Source: Ramazzottius varieornatus (Eukaryota > Animalia > Tardigrada). From it: a stretch of 64,000 nt of DNA. Each line of letters opens with the position of its first letter. Position 1 is the first letter of the stretch. This document shows, one piece after another, positions 13,464 to 25,300 of the stretch. The stretch covers positions 1,364,001 to 1,428,000 of the forward strand of contig BDGG01000008.1 in assembly GCA_001949185.1 (NCBI GenBank), given 5' to 3'. The notes under the pieces are model-generated. The model saw nothing but the letters and a program-made list of their open reading frames with translations. It did no database searches and had not been told where the DNA came from. Made by a program: the position numbers and the translations under genes.

Positions 13464-14642
13464 ATGTCCATCCCCTCCAGTATGATGCCGTCCCGACTTA
13501 AGAACAAGGTCAGTAGTCCAGCCGTCGGAGGAAAGGCAAAAACAGGGGCGAAAGAGAAACCTCCCAGCAACGAACGGCGTTACGACAAATGGACCAATTC
13601 CCCTGCTGAGAGCGCTCTAGTTGACTGGCACGAGGATCCCGATAATCTGGATCGATGGAAGTTCACATCCAAAGACAAAGGCTCTGGAAGGAAGAATACT
13701 TCGGAGAAGACGAGATCACGGCATATCTTCGAGCACGAGGCTTCGAGCGATCGCTCGCGCAGGTAACCTCCAAGCTCAAAAGCCTCGAAACGTCCTACAG
13801 AAAGGCCCACGACGAGCTTGTGAGTCAAACTGGGACAGGCATTGATGATTTGGATGAGCGAGCGAAGATCGATACAGTCAGAAGTAAGTTTTTCGACCGA
13901 TCGGTCGGGAATTATTTTTTGCTATGGTTCCACAAGTCCCATGCCGTTTACTGTTCGCAGAGAAATTACTAACGAAGTGTTATCTCTGGGATCGTCTTCA
14001 TCCCCTCAACTGCGATCGACCGTCGATGGTTCCTCCAGCTGTGATGGACAACACTGACCCTATCGACGAGAACGAGGATGAGAACGGTCTCCCTATGGAA
14101 GAGGACGTAGAAACAGTTAACGAGGATTTCGGACTGGATGAAGTAGCAGATGACGTCATGCACCACGAAAGCACACCGGAAGTGGAGCAACCTACTCAGG
14201 GTACAGTTAACGTCACACTCACCTGTATACATTATGCTTGATTGGCTGTAACAGCACCAGACTACACGTTGAGTTCCTGAATGCCATTTCGGCAAACCAA
14301 TCAACTATAAAATGTAAGGGTGAGTGCGATGTTGATTGTACTCCTGCAGCCAGTACGCCGGGACCTTCAAAAGGCATCATCAAGAAGGGAAAGGCCAAGC
14401 CTCTTAGTCTTCCGGAAGTCATCCAACAACAGACGCGCGAACGACTGGCGTTTGAGAAGGACAAACTGGCTCGACAAGAGCGTAAAGAGTACCTGGACAG
14501 AGAAGAACGTGAGAAGGATCGCCAAGGGGAACAAGCGAAAATGCGACAGATCGAAAGAAATTCTTTACTGGAAATAGAATCGATGAAACTACGTATCGAA
14601 CTTAAAAAGCTAGAAACTTCGCTTGATCAAGCGCCGGTGTAA
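13464..14642 (+). pseudogene. Harbinger Myb/SANT-like DNA-binding partner gene, frameshifted near 13700
   Basis: KWTNSPAESALVDW..DPDNLDRW in one frame continues as EITAYLRARGFERSLAQVTSKLKSLETSYRKA...TGTG in another. It continues through an intron to CYLWDRLHP..DRPS, then an acidic region and a C-terminal coiled coil. Confidence 0.7.
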
Positions 14643-15862
14643 AAGTACCCGTTATTTTCTAGAACTATTCGCTTCACTTGTTCTCTTCTCTCGATCGCGT
14701 TGACGGGTCCTGTTTCACGAGTTGTTTCCGGAAATCCGTTCATGTCCTTGTCTGTTTCTTTCCCCCAGTCTGAGTCGTACAAGTCGCCGAGTAAGAAGTT
14801 ATGGAGAACGACACAAGCTCTTGTGTACAAGATTACCTTTTTGTGCTCCTTAACCGTACGAACAGGAAAATTCAAACTGCGTAGAGAAGGGAATCTTCCC
14901 TTTACCATCCCAATACAGTGTTCATTCACTACTCGAGCACTCGCCAGAATTTTGTTAAATTTCTCTTTGTCCATCCTTTCGGCAGCAGGCTTCTTGTAAC
15001 AGGGAATAATATGCTCACTAACGGCAAACCCGCTGTCAGTTAGCAGATATTCCCCCGCCTCAAAGAATGAGCGATCGCTCGAGTTCAACTTGCTGTGCCG
15101 GTAGACTCTGTTATCATGGGCAGCACCACAGAAACCCGCATTGACATGTAAGATACGTCGTTGATCATCACACACAATCAAAGCGGAAATTCCGTATTTA
15201 TTCTTGTGGCTGAAATAGGCTGACCCACCCAGCGACGGCTTCTTCGCAAGAACGATGATTGTTCCATCAGCAAATCCGATGCAGTTAGGAAAACCAGACT
15301 GTGTAAGAATGCGCTGCTTCATCCGGGATTTTTGCTCTTTGTTCGGCCAGGTAACATACTTCTTTTCCAGAGAGAGGATAGCCTTCAAACAACGTTCACA
15401 GTACAATTCCACACTTCCTTCGGATATTCCAAAATGTCGCGCGATCTTGCCCACAGGTGTGCCTTCACAGCCGAGACGGTGAAGGAAAACGACGAGCTGG
15501 TATACGGGACGAGCTTGTTGATGTCGGAAGTTGTTCTGGAATACGGGATGGCGGCTGATCAGCCGTAGCAAATTCCGGAAAGACTCCTTGGACATTCTCA
15601 CTTCTTGCCGCCAGCGATCGTTGTCCAGCTTTAATAGAACGTTATGGAAGAAGTCTTTACTCTTCGGTACCTCTGTTCGGGGCAACAGGCAGCGAGTAGC
15701 GGAGATCAGACTGAGAATGTTCCGAGGCGACGTCAGATTCTCTGCATCTTCCGTAGGGGGTAATTCATCGTAGTCGTCACACAGCAGCGAAACAACCTCT
15801 TCGGCCACGATCAGCGTCTCGAGATCCGCCACGATACGTTGTTTCTCGTGTGAAGAGGCCAT
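14627..15862 (-). CDS. Harbinger/HARBI1-type DDE transposase (DDE_Tnp_4), intronless, about 411 aa
   Basis: CIGFADGT, YFSHKNKYGI, GAAHD, LLTDSGF, ARVVNEHCIGMVKGRF and ACVVLHNF motifs. The ORF is uninterrupted. Confidence 0.93.
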   Translation of the reverse strand: MASSHEKQRIVADLETLIVAEEVVSLLCDDYDELPPTEDAENLTSPRNILSLISATRCLLPRTEVPKSKDFFHNVLLKLDNDRWRQEVRMSKESFRNLLRLISRHPVFQNNFRHQQARPVYQLVVFLHRLGCEGTPVGKIARHFGISEGSVELYCERCLKAILSLEKKYVTWPNKEQKSRMKQRILTQSGFPNCIGFADGTIIVLAKKPSLGGSAYFSHKNKYGISALIVCDDQRRILHVNAGFCGAAHDNRVYRHSKLNSSDRSFFEAGEYLLTDSGFAVSEHIIPCYKKPAAERMDKEKFNKILASARVVNEHCIGMVKGRFPSLRSLNFPVRTVKEHKKVILYTRACVVLHNFLLGDLYDSDWGKETDKDMNGFPETTRETGPVNAIERREQVKRIVLENNGYFYTGA

Positions 15863-16096
15863 CCTGAGCGCAGGAGATGATTCGTAGGGGAATGCAAAGA
15901 GGAGATACTTGCGAACGATCGTTCGTCTCGAAATTAGAGTGGGGAATTGGCGGTTCGAAATTTGAACAGGAGCATTCAATTATGGGAGAAGCAGAGAAGT
16001 CCTTGATTGGATGATTTGTTTTAAGGGAGGTCTAGCTAAATTTCCAGTTTACCTGCTTCTCTGATGCGTTTGGCTTGATATTGAATCATGCTATTA

Positions 16097-16167
16097 ATGT
16101 GCTGCTGAACAGCCCATTGCTGAGTTGATTGTCAACCAATTCAGCAACGGGTTGTTCAGCAGCTCAT
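16097..16167. repeat. About 70 bp near-perfect palindrome (hairpin)
   Basis: GCTGCTGAACAGCCCATTGCTGAGTTGATTG-T-CAACCAATTCAGCAACGGGTTGTTCAGCAGC: 31 bp arms with 4 mismatches, all transitions. Confidence 0.85.
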
Positions 16168-16500
16168 CGGTGCTTGATTCTCGATTGCTTTGCTCGGCTA
16201 TCCTTTCGACGGTTTCGTAAGAAGTAAGAATCGTAAGATATCTTGGATCTTGAATAGTTGAATCTTGACCGTCTTTGTCCCGCTTTCATTTCCCGTTTGT
16301 ATACTGCGTTTGCCCTTCTGCCCCTCCAGTTTGTCGCTGTGAGCACTCTCCTGGCTGTAAGCAAGAAGAAACTGCGACGGAGAAGAGGAACTGTGGTCGA
16401 CCGAGTAAGGATACTTGTAAGTTCCGCTAATTTGTACCGTATTATCGTCCATAATCATAAATCATCCTAAAGGCGGTTTCTCTAAAGTCGAACGGCAGAG

Positions 16501-18324
16501 ATGTCTCTATTGGCTGGACCACGACGAAAACAGATAGTGTCTGTCAATCCTCAAGGACTCAATAACGCAGAAGGTACGTCTTCCATGTCCAGCATACTCG
16601 TACTCACATGTAACCACAAGTGTTGAAATCGCCATACGCACGTACATAGAGACTTGAACTGTCAACTGTGTTGTAGAATGGAAACAGTTCGGTGGGAAAC
16701 TCATGGCAAAGTCTGGGTGGCAAGTTGGAGAAGGTCTGGGGGCTAATCGACAGGGAGCGACGGAGCATGTGCACATGAAGTTCAAAGACGACAGTTTAGG
16801 TGGGATCTTTTGCGTACCTGCTTCCGCCGGAAGTGCGCTGTGAATTCGGAAACGAAGCAGCATAGTCCCCTCGGGAAGCCCTATACACATAGACCAGTGC
16901 CTTACTCGCATGTATCATCGATCTTTGTTGTCATCTATAGGTCTTGGATGTACCATCCAACACGAGAAGAACTGGCTGGCCCACAACGACGACTTCAACG
17001 ATCTACTTTCCTTCTTGAATCAACAGCATGGCACATCTGCCGGCGGTGAAGAGACCGTCGTTTCTTCTGCGAAGGAAAGCGAGCAGCTGGTGCAGGTGTC
17101 GCTGGAGAAGAAGTCTAAAGATTCCAAAGGAAGACTCAAGTGAGTAACGGGAACTTGTCAGCCGATGAAAAGTAGGTTAGTATGCATCAGCTCTACTGTG
17201 TTACATTTATTTTGCTCCTCTTGTAGTTATCAAAAGTTTACTCGTGGGAAGGACTTGAGTTCCCGGTCGACGGACGAAATTTCAATGATCTTCGGTGGGA
17301 AAGTGTCCAAGAAGAATAAGGCCACGAATCACGAGGCCGAACTGGAAGTAAGTCCATAACTATACTGTACTAAGCTGGGTCGCTGAACAGTTTTCTCGAT
17401 TTCAAGTCAATGAAATTCTGGTGCAGATTTCCACCGCGGAAAGGGCCACAGATCAGCCTTCGAACGTGACAGGGCTCAATACTTACGAGAGCAAGGAAAG
17501 TCTGCACGATTACTTTGCCAAGAAGATGGCAATGAGAAAGGAAGCTGCCCAGCCTGCGATCAAGACTCCTGCTGGAAGACCTGAACAACCGGAAGCGAAG
17601 GAGGAAGTGGAGGCCAAAGCTGATGAAAGCTCAAAGAAGAAGCGAAAGAAAAACATGGAGACTGCTCCGGAACCAAAAGAGAAAGTTAGGACGAGAGAAT
17701 CATCGAGCAACCTGGTTGAAAGCACCCAAGAGCCTTCTGATGAAGTGGTAGAAAAGAAGTCTCGGAAGCGAAAGAATGTCATGACGGAGAAGAGTGTAGA
17801 AGAAACCGTCGAACCCAGTAAGCATTCCGTGACTATATGTTTGACAAGTGAACGAATCATGGATTAGCCAGTCAGAAATTTTTCCTTATCTTGCTATGCT
17901 CACAGACGCAATTGAATCAGTGGTGGAAGAGGCCAGCATGGAAGAAACCGAGGAAGAAAGGCGAGTTCATCGAAAGCAAAAAAGGCTGGAGAAACGCCTG
18001 GCGAGAGAAGCCCAAGAGCAAGAAACGAAAGAAGAACCTTTGGAGATGGACACTGACGGTCTTCAGTCCGCGGCGTGTGCTCAGCCAGATATCGTAAGCA
18101 TGGTGAAGATACCGGTGGACTCTGACAACGGGACCGATGTCGATTACACGGGCGTTGGTGAGACTGTAACGAATGTGAGAGATTTGAAGAAGACCATGTT
18201 TGGCATGTCCATGGGCGCTATTAGACAACACTTCCGAAGTTTACCCGAGGAAACTAAAGCAGGCATATTTCCCGGTTCGAATGTCTTTGATGTCAAAGGC
18301 TATGGCGATGAATTGTTCTTCTGA
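16501..18324 (+). CDS. PINX1: PinX1-like G-patch protein, multi-exon
   Basis: MSLLAGPRRKQIVSVNP start, G-patch FGGKLMAKSGWQVGEGLGANRQG..KFKDDSLG|LG, then WLAHNDDFNDLL, SLEKKSK and YQKFTRGKDLS, followed by a Lys/Glu-rich tail. Confidence 0.9.
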
Positions 18325-18440
18325 GTTTTATCTTCCGGATGAATGGAAAAATAATGGGGAAGGCTCCGCACACCTCCTTTCACCGCCATAGCCTCCCAAT
18401 ACCAGCGTCTAATTCCAAATCGTCACCACCGTATACTGTA

Positions 18441-18641
18441 CACGCACGACGGGAAAATATGGGGCCAGTAGAAATTATGGGACCAGGCAGACAAGACGGC
18501 AAAACTGAAATGCAACCGTAGAAAAGTGTCCAAAAGTGTATTGCTGTGAATCAGTCGCGCACGTACATACTGCTGCACCGCCGTAGCGAAAAGGCCTGGT
18601 CCCAAAATTTTTACTGGTCCCATAATTTCCCGTCGTGCGTG
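18441..18641. mobile_element. MITE, about 201 bp
   Basis: About 47 bp TIR (CACGCACGACGGGAAA..ATGGG.CCAGTA.AAATT.TGGGACCAGGC) with TA on both sides and no coding capacity. Confidence 0.88.
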
Positions 18642-20291
18642 TAAACCACTTTCTAATTGAGGGCCAGCACCAGGGACTTCGAACACCACTTTTTGCCAGA
18701 TTGATTTTATTGTTTGTTCTTGAAGAAGGAAGTTAGTTCAAGCTTCTGTCGTAATCAGCTGGCTAGAAGTGTTTTTCGATAACGGGATCTTTGGGATCGG
18801 GGGTCCTTCCTGCACTCTGAACTTGCCACAGTTAACACCGCTAAATCTCTGGTTATAGTGACCGCGTTTCGATAAGCTACTATCGTACCAGTCCTCCCTC
18901 GACGGCCTGACAGTTTGTGGATCTTTTTACTGTTGAAACTGTCTGAGAACCACTTTCACAGTTCTTTTCTCGAGAATAACGCTGTCTCTGGACCTCGACC
19001 AATGATCAGCTCGTAGGCGCAAACGCATGCGAAAAAAGTCATTTTTGGTCAGGATATTTCGAACTTACAAGTGAGTCAAAAGGGTGAATGTCCGAAGAAC
19101 CTATTTTCACCACTGAACCCCGTTGCACATCTCAATGAAAGAAAAATGGTGAGCAGAGATTTCAGATTTTAGATTTCAATTAATTAACGGTAATGAACGA
19201 AAGTTGGCATCCCAGACAAAGGCGACAAGAGTGTTCTCCCGGGTGGCGCACGTTCCCAGTGTTGTTGATCGGAAGCGTGCGCCGCTTGGATGAACGATCT
19301 TGTTGAGTTTGTTTTGCCAAGTGGCGCACGTCTTCGGTGTTATTAGCCGGAAGCATGCGGTACATCGGTGGACTATTCAGTCGAATTCGTTTGTGTAATT
19401 CCCAATCATGCTCCGAGTTTGACGCTTTCGGAATCGTTTTGCATGCGAGGAAGAAATACAGTTGGAAGTTCGAAATTTTGGAATTAAAGTCTCCACCGGA
19501 CAAGATTTTAACTTTTATGGAGGAGTGAAACGACTTGTTTGCGCAGTTTGGGCTCCATTCATGTCGCACAATGTTGACGCTGTTTGTCAGACATTCTTGT
19601 CCAGTCTGTCCTTGTCGGCCGCGTTACTAATCAAGCCACAAAGTTTATAAGGGTTCACTTTTATTGCGTGTGAGAGGCACATCAAAGGTGATGTTCCTTG
19701 CTCTTCTTCTTTCGTTCCCTTCTGTCACTTGACCAGTGAGTAATTTTATTGCACTCATTTGCGATTGCCGAAAGGCGGCGTGGGCTCCCTCCCGTCTTCT
19801 TCTTGCTTCGTCCTCGTTCTCTGTCCACTGGGTTAATGTTAGTTCTTGTTCTTCTCTGTGCGGTGTCCATAATGATCAAGATGGGGATTGATTGCTCCTT
19901 TGGCTTGTCTGCCTCCTGTCCATATTAACCTGCTGCTTCCTCCTTGGGACTGACCAATGGCCAGTCCAAGACGGTCGTTAGGCTGCATGGGCGGTGTTCG
20001 TGGGTCCAACTTCTCAGGAAAAACGAGGTCGTTAAAAAGACATTATCCCTTCTTCTTCCTGGTCAACCACGACGGTTTATTCTTCTTGGTTTGTTATTTC
20101 GGTCGGCAAAAGTTAACGGTCTACTGTAACTTTCGCATCTGTTCTTCCATCCGTCATTCCTGAAATCGTTTCTGCCGAATGCGACTTGTTGGATCTGGAC
20201 GCCCAGATCTCTGTTATCCTATCAGCCAATTACTTTTGCCGTTTTTTGCATTTAATTCGTAAGAGGTTTTCGTACGAATATCTCAGGGAGA

Positions 20292-22192
20292 ATGGATCGT
20301 TTGATGTTGGCTGTGTGCGTATTTGTGATGATACTGGGTTTCGCTTCGGGGATGGAGAACTCGTCGGACGACTTGGTTTTGCTACATCCGTGCCTTGAAC
20401 ACGAGTATTGGAATAACGGGACTTGCAAGCAGTGCTCGACCTGCATGACGGACCAGCAAGTGATCGAAACTTGCTCCACAACAAAAGACACCGTCTGCCG
20501 ATGCAAAAGGTAAGTTGAAAGCATCCACAATCAAGGTTACGTGTTGACAAAAAGGTCCTCGGGAACTTTAACAAGAATGATCGGGCTAGTTCAAATTTCT
20601 AATGAAAATTTGTGTTTTGCAGTGAAGGTTACCTAGACTCTGTCAACCACATTTGCCGGTCGTGCCGCGAGTGTCCGACGGGTTCCCTCATATCCGTAGG
20701 GTGTACGGAGTTCAGCGACACCCAATGCTCTCCTTGTCCCGAAGGAACCTTCCACAACCTTGAAAAGAATGTCTGTCAGGATTGCCAAGCGTGTCTGGAT
20801 GGCGAGGCGGAAGCTGAGGCATGTGGACCTACCTCCGACCGAGTCTGCGTCAACGGATCCATCGCACGTGAGTTAGTTGACAGATATTTTACTTCAAAAG
20901 CTCACAAAAATTATGTAAACTTTTCCGTATTCCTAAACATTTCATTTTAATCATCGGTGAAGGTTCCCTTTGTGCAGCAGCTGTGTATGCTGGAATCTGC
21001 CAGAGGTGCACTAACTGAGTGACTGAGACAATTTTCTACGTAATTTTTTGTATTCACAGTATCGATAAGCAGCTACTACTTCATGGGTTCTTCGTACAAA
21101 ATCAATGGAGTCACATCTGGACGTCCGGAACGCCAACAGAGCTCTTCCCATTTCAAACGCGACAGTCCCGAACAGGGACGGTCTATCATCGTCCGGCCTA
21201 AGATCAAAAGCACCTCAGTGGATCCCATCTTTTGCCTTCCACCGGCATTCATTATAATCGGTACGAGCAGGCATCCTTTGGTGGCAGAGGGCAACTGAGC
21301 CAGAATCTGCTTCTTTGACTTTTGATTAATGAGCATTTCTGAACCTGGGACCGTCAAGGTCACAGATGGGGGGTAGAAAGACACATCAGCACCATTAGTC
21401 ATTTTTTGCGGCAGGAGAAGCTATTAGTCCACTGACCTTAATGGCCCTGGTCATTAATCACCCTGTCCAGCTAACGCAGTATCAATGTCTTACCGGCGTC
21501 TTGTGTCCATGATCCATTTAGTACCCGCAAGGTTATCCGCCTATCCCATGAATATTTCTGAAACGCTCAAAGAAATTGATCAATAAAAGATGCAGAGAGT
21601 TGAGAGTTGGGCAAACATAACGTACGAGATTGCTTTCCCAAGTGACGCGCGTATCCATTGCAAGAGGCTGAAAGCGTGCGCCAGTCAAAACGACGATCCT
21701 GTACGTCTTGTTTACCCCACTCTCAATTCTCTCTGAATAGTTCTCTTACAAAACATTCTAACCCCTGTTATGCGTTTTCTTGCAGTGTTGGTTTGCTACG
21801 CTGGACTACGGTTTTACGAGAACTCGGTCGACAGGAAAATCTCCCTGTGCCCGTGGTTTTTAACAGAACCTGCCTCGATCCTCCCGAGAACCGACCTGGA
21901 GACCGGACTCCTCCAACCGAACATGACACAAGTACCATCTATTGCCCAGCCAAGAATCTACCGCCCCTTAGGACCTTCGCTGACTCCACTCCATGTGCCA
22001 TACGGGCGCTCAGTTTCAACGGTCAACGAAGTTGTCCTTGAACGAGGAAGGACCGGCACAAATTCCACGAACCGCACCAGCTTGATGAACAGCTTCGGAA
22101 TGGCTTCTAACGACCGGGAAATGCCTTCTGGACCTATGATGGACGACTTAGCTGCTTTCATTCCCGCAGGAATGCTTAATCCCAAACTGTAG
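20292..22192 (+). CDS. TNF receptor superfamily protein (NGFR/p75-like cysteine-rich domains), 4 exons, type I membrane protein
   Basis: Signal peptide MDRLMLAVCVFVMILGFASG. About 3 CRDs (CKQCSTC..CSTTKDTVC; CRSCRECP..CTEFSDTQC; CQDCQAC..CGPTSDRVC). The TM IFCLPPAFIII|VLVCYAGL is assembled across the 21260-21785 intron. Cytoplasmic tail of about 130 aa. Confidence 0.8.
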
Positions 22193-22361
22193 ATTTTCAG
22201 CCAATGAATTCACCTGTGATATTTTCATAATTTACTGCCAATATGCCAGTTTTATTTTCATTCCCGTAGTTTCGTGACCTTCCTCGACACAGACAGCGCA
22301 TTTGAACTTGTAGTTAAAAACTTTAAGAAAGATTGTGACAACGTCAAAACCAAAAGAATTA

Positions 22362-25300
22362 CTAATATTCCATATTGTCATCGTCGACCAAAGTACCATC
22401 GTTCTTCTCAACGGCATTCTCAACTTCTTTTTCAACTTCCTCCGTGTTTTCTTTCGCGGCAGCCTTCTCACTAGACTTCACGCCCAACGACTTGAACCCG
22501 AATCTTTCCAGTGAGAACGCCCCGCTTTTCTTCCCCTCTCCACCCTCTTCCTTTTTCGTTCCACTACTTCCCCCATTTGCCTCCCTCTTGCCTCGTCCCC
22601 GTTTAGTCGCCGGTTCCCCACTATTCCCCACCTTCCCTCCTGTCGTTCTCTTCTTCGAATTCTTACCATTCGAACCACTATTCACCTTAGCCGCGCTTCT
22701 CTGCATCGTCACTTCCTCCATGGTCGATATACCCCGCAACAGCGGTGGTACTTCGTCTACAGGCTTCGCAAACGGGTTTGCTCTCTGAGAAGAAGGTATG
22801 AGTGTTGGCGTCTCTGGTTCGAATGAGAAAGTTTGTGTCCTCACTGGTGTGGTAGCTTCTGTGGCTTCGTTGGTATCTTCATTATCATCATTGTCTCCGC
22901 TGTTACTGTCGGAAGCTTTAGAATGCGGCCGAGAACCGTTTGTCTGTTTAGCGGAATAGCCATCACTGCTTGGCTTCGGCTTTTCGTTAGGTCTGTTATG
23001 CCGAACGTTATGGGAGGCTAATCTCGACATGTTATGGTTCGACCTAATGTCTTCCTCTTCGTCATCACTGTCCAGAAGGCTAGTGGCCTGGTAGTTACGT
23101 GAGACGGGAGGTGCCACTACCGGTTTCTGGGTGGTTGGTCGCCGAGTCACGGGAGCGCGCTTGCTGAGAGGGTCGTTGGCTCTTTCGGCTGGATCATCAA
23201 GTACCACTGGACTGCAACGGACATCAACGTGGTATGTTTACGAGAAGGAATAGAAAAGACGATTTTCAAAAAAGGTTACTTTGAAGGTTTGATGGTGACG
23301 GTGGTGGTAGTTGTGTCTTCTTCCTCCTCGTCTTTGATGATAGCGCTGATCATCTGTTCGAGACGCTCGGCTAGACCGGATTTACCCGTCTTGTCGGCGT
23401 ACTTCCAGCAAGCTTCCATGTCGCGAGGTGTCGGCATCAGACGAGTCATATCTTGCGCGCGGTTCTCGCTGTCGTTCTGACAGTAAAGCTAGCAGCAAAA
23501 ACAGCCATAATTTTTAGTTAGAAGCTCAGCAAATGAACTCGACCAGGTCGTTTTCCCAAGTTGCGCACACTTCCAGTCAACATCACTGAAAACATGCGCA
23601 ACTTGGAAAAACGATCTGTGTTTGTTTGCCGAGCTCCCATTTTTTATTAAAAAACCTGAAAAAAGCGAAAGATGGCAGAAAACGAGAGTCACATACAGCG
23701 AACATCTTGAGGATGTCAGCGCGGCAAGCGCGAAGTGTCTGTTCGTTCTTGGGAGGGAACAGTCGATGCATGGAACACTTGGCTTCCAGCCTTTCTACTT
23801 CCGTGTTCACATCGGCTTGAAGTAAGTCGAAGGGCAGGAGAATGACGACAGGTAAAGGAAGTGTTAGTGGATACCGAGCACCACGACACAAGAAAACTCT
23901 GCAAGAAACTAAAACCCTGGTTCTGATCCAACTTTGTCTAACCGGAAGTGAGTGTCTTGCCTAACATTACGGGAATCTTCATCGAGTGACACCATGAAGT
24001 ACTTGTCGGTCTTGTTCTTCTGTTTCGCTTCGAGGTCCAAACAGGGCGACCAAATCTTGCATAAAGGGTTCCTGTAATGGTAAACTCGAACTATGCCGCT
24101 GGAGTCCACAATGCAGGGCGAGGACCGGAAGCCAAAGCCCATCCAGGATAACGTCGACTTCGGAGAGAGCGGAAGTCGTTGGTCAGCAACGATGACTTCC
24201 ACTCGACGCTGTCCCATACAGTACATGGAGAAACCCATGCATTGGTCCCCTAAAAAACTCCAGAAACAACTAAGCAACTTATTCACGGAACCATTCAGGA
24301 GATCGGCGAATGACATTTACTCCTACACACACCTGCATACCGATGTGCCACAGTGAATGTACCACTTACTGAATGCAGGTTGATGATCATTTACGAAACT
24401 GTAGCCTCAGGTCGGAAAACCAAAGCCGCTCATCCTTGGATTCACCTGCATACGACGTCAGTGCAGCAACGCACGAATCGGTGTATGCAGGTGGATGAAA
24501 GATGGCGCATGTTGTATACCGGCATAGATTACAAAACTTCCGTTATACCTTTTTACCTGTAAAAGTTGGGTCCGCTACGTGGTACGCCAGCATGAACAGC
24601 CTTTGCCTCGCCGCAATGGCGACCAACGGACCAGGGTAGGCTAAAGTGTACTGCTGGTATCCGGAGAAGGTAATGACTCTGAGCATCCTCTTGTTGGTGG
24701 CCACATAGCACCATTCATCTCCGAGTGCTATGCCTTCCACCCATTCCCCGGCATCCAAGTCCAGCGTCCACCTGTCGCGATCAGACGCGGAACCTACCAT
24801 GTTGAATTGAATCTTGCTGGACTTGACTTCACTGTCGTCGGCTACTGAAGGTTTCTGCGAGGCGAGGAGGAAACCTTTGTTGTTCATCGTACCCAAGGTG
24901 AAGTTCTCCGTGTTGAAGACCTTGAAGCAATATACGGAAAGGTCAACAATTAATTACTCTCTAAACAAGAGAATGACTTGGCCTACCTGGATGGAATGAT
25001 GGTACGCTGCGTTGTGGTAGATCACGTCGATGGACTTCTTCGTTTCGCCAAAATCGTCCTCCTCCTCGTACATCTTCATGTAGCCCATGTCGTTCCAGAC
25101 CATGAAACTACTTTGGAGAAACGACGGCGTCGAACCTAGTACATTTATACATATGACATGACCCGTCAACTCCAGTCCGACTCGATTTGGTGACTGCAAA
25201 GAGTCTTTTATACCTGGCTGGAAGGCTTCTTGCATCGGTGTGCGAGGTTGATACGGAGGAGCCCGCACAATCTCCCGAGCTCGCGGAACGGCAACGTCAC

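Larger units (their letters stand above)
13194..16091. mobile_element. PIF/Harbinger DNA transposon with two convergent genes
   Basis: About 50 bp imperfect inverted repeats (GTATCATTCAATATTAAGCCAAA..TCAGAGAAG.AGGTAA at 13194-13245 vs 16038-16091) enclose a DDE nuclease and a Myb/SANT-like partner. The TWA target duplication is not cleanly resolved (TTA / TAT). Confidence 0.85.
11263..24493. repeat. Second short palindromic family CACCTGCATA-N31-TATGCAGGTG (3 intronic copies)
   Basis: Copies at 11263-11313, 24330-24381 and 24443-24493. Confidence 0.7.
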
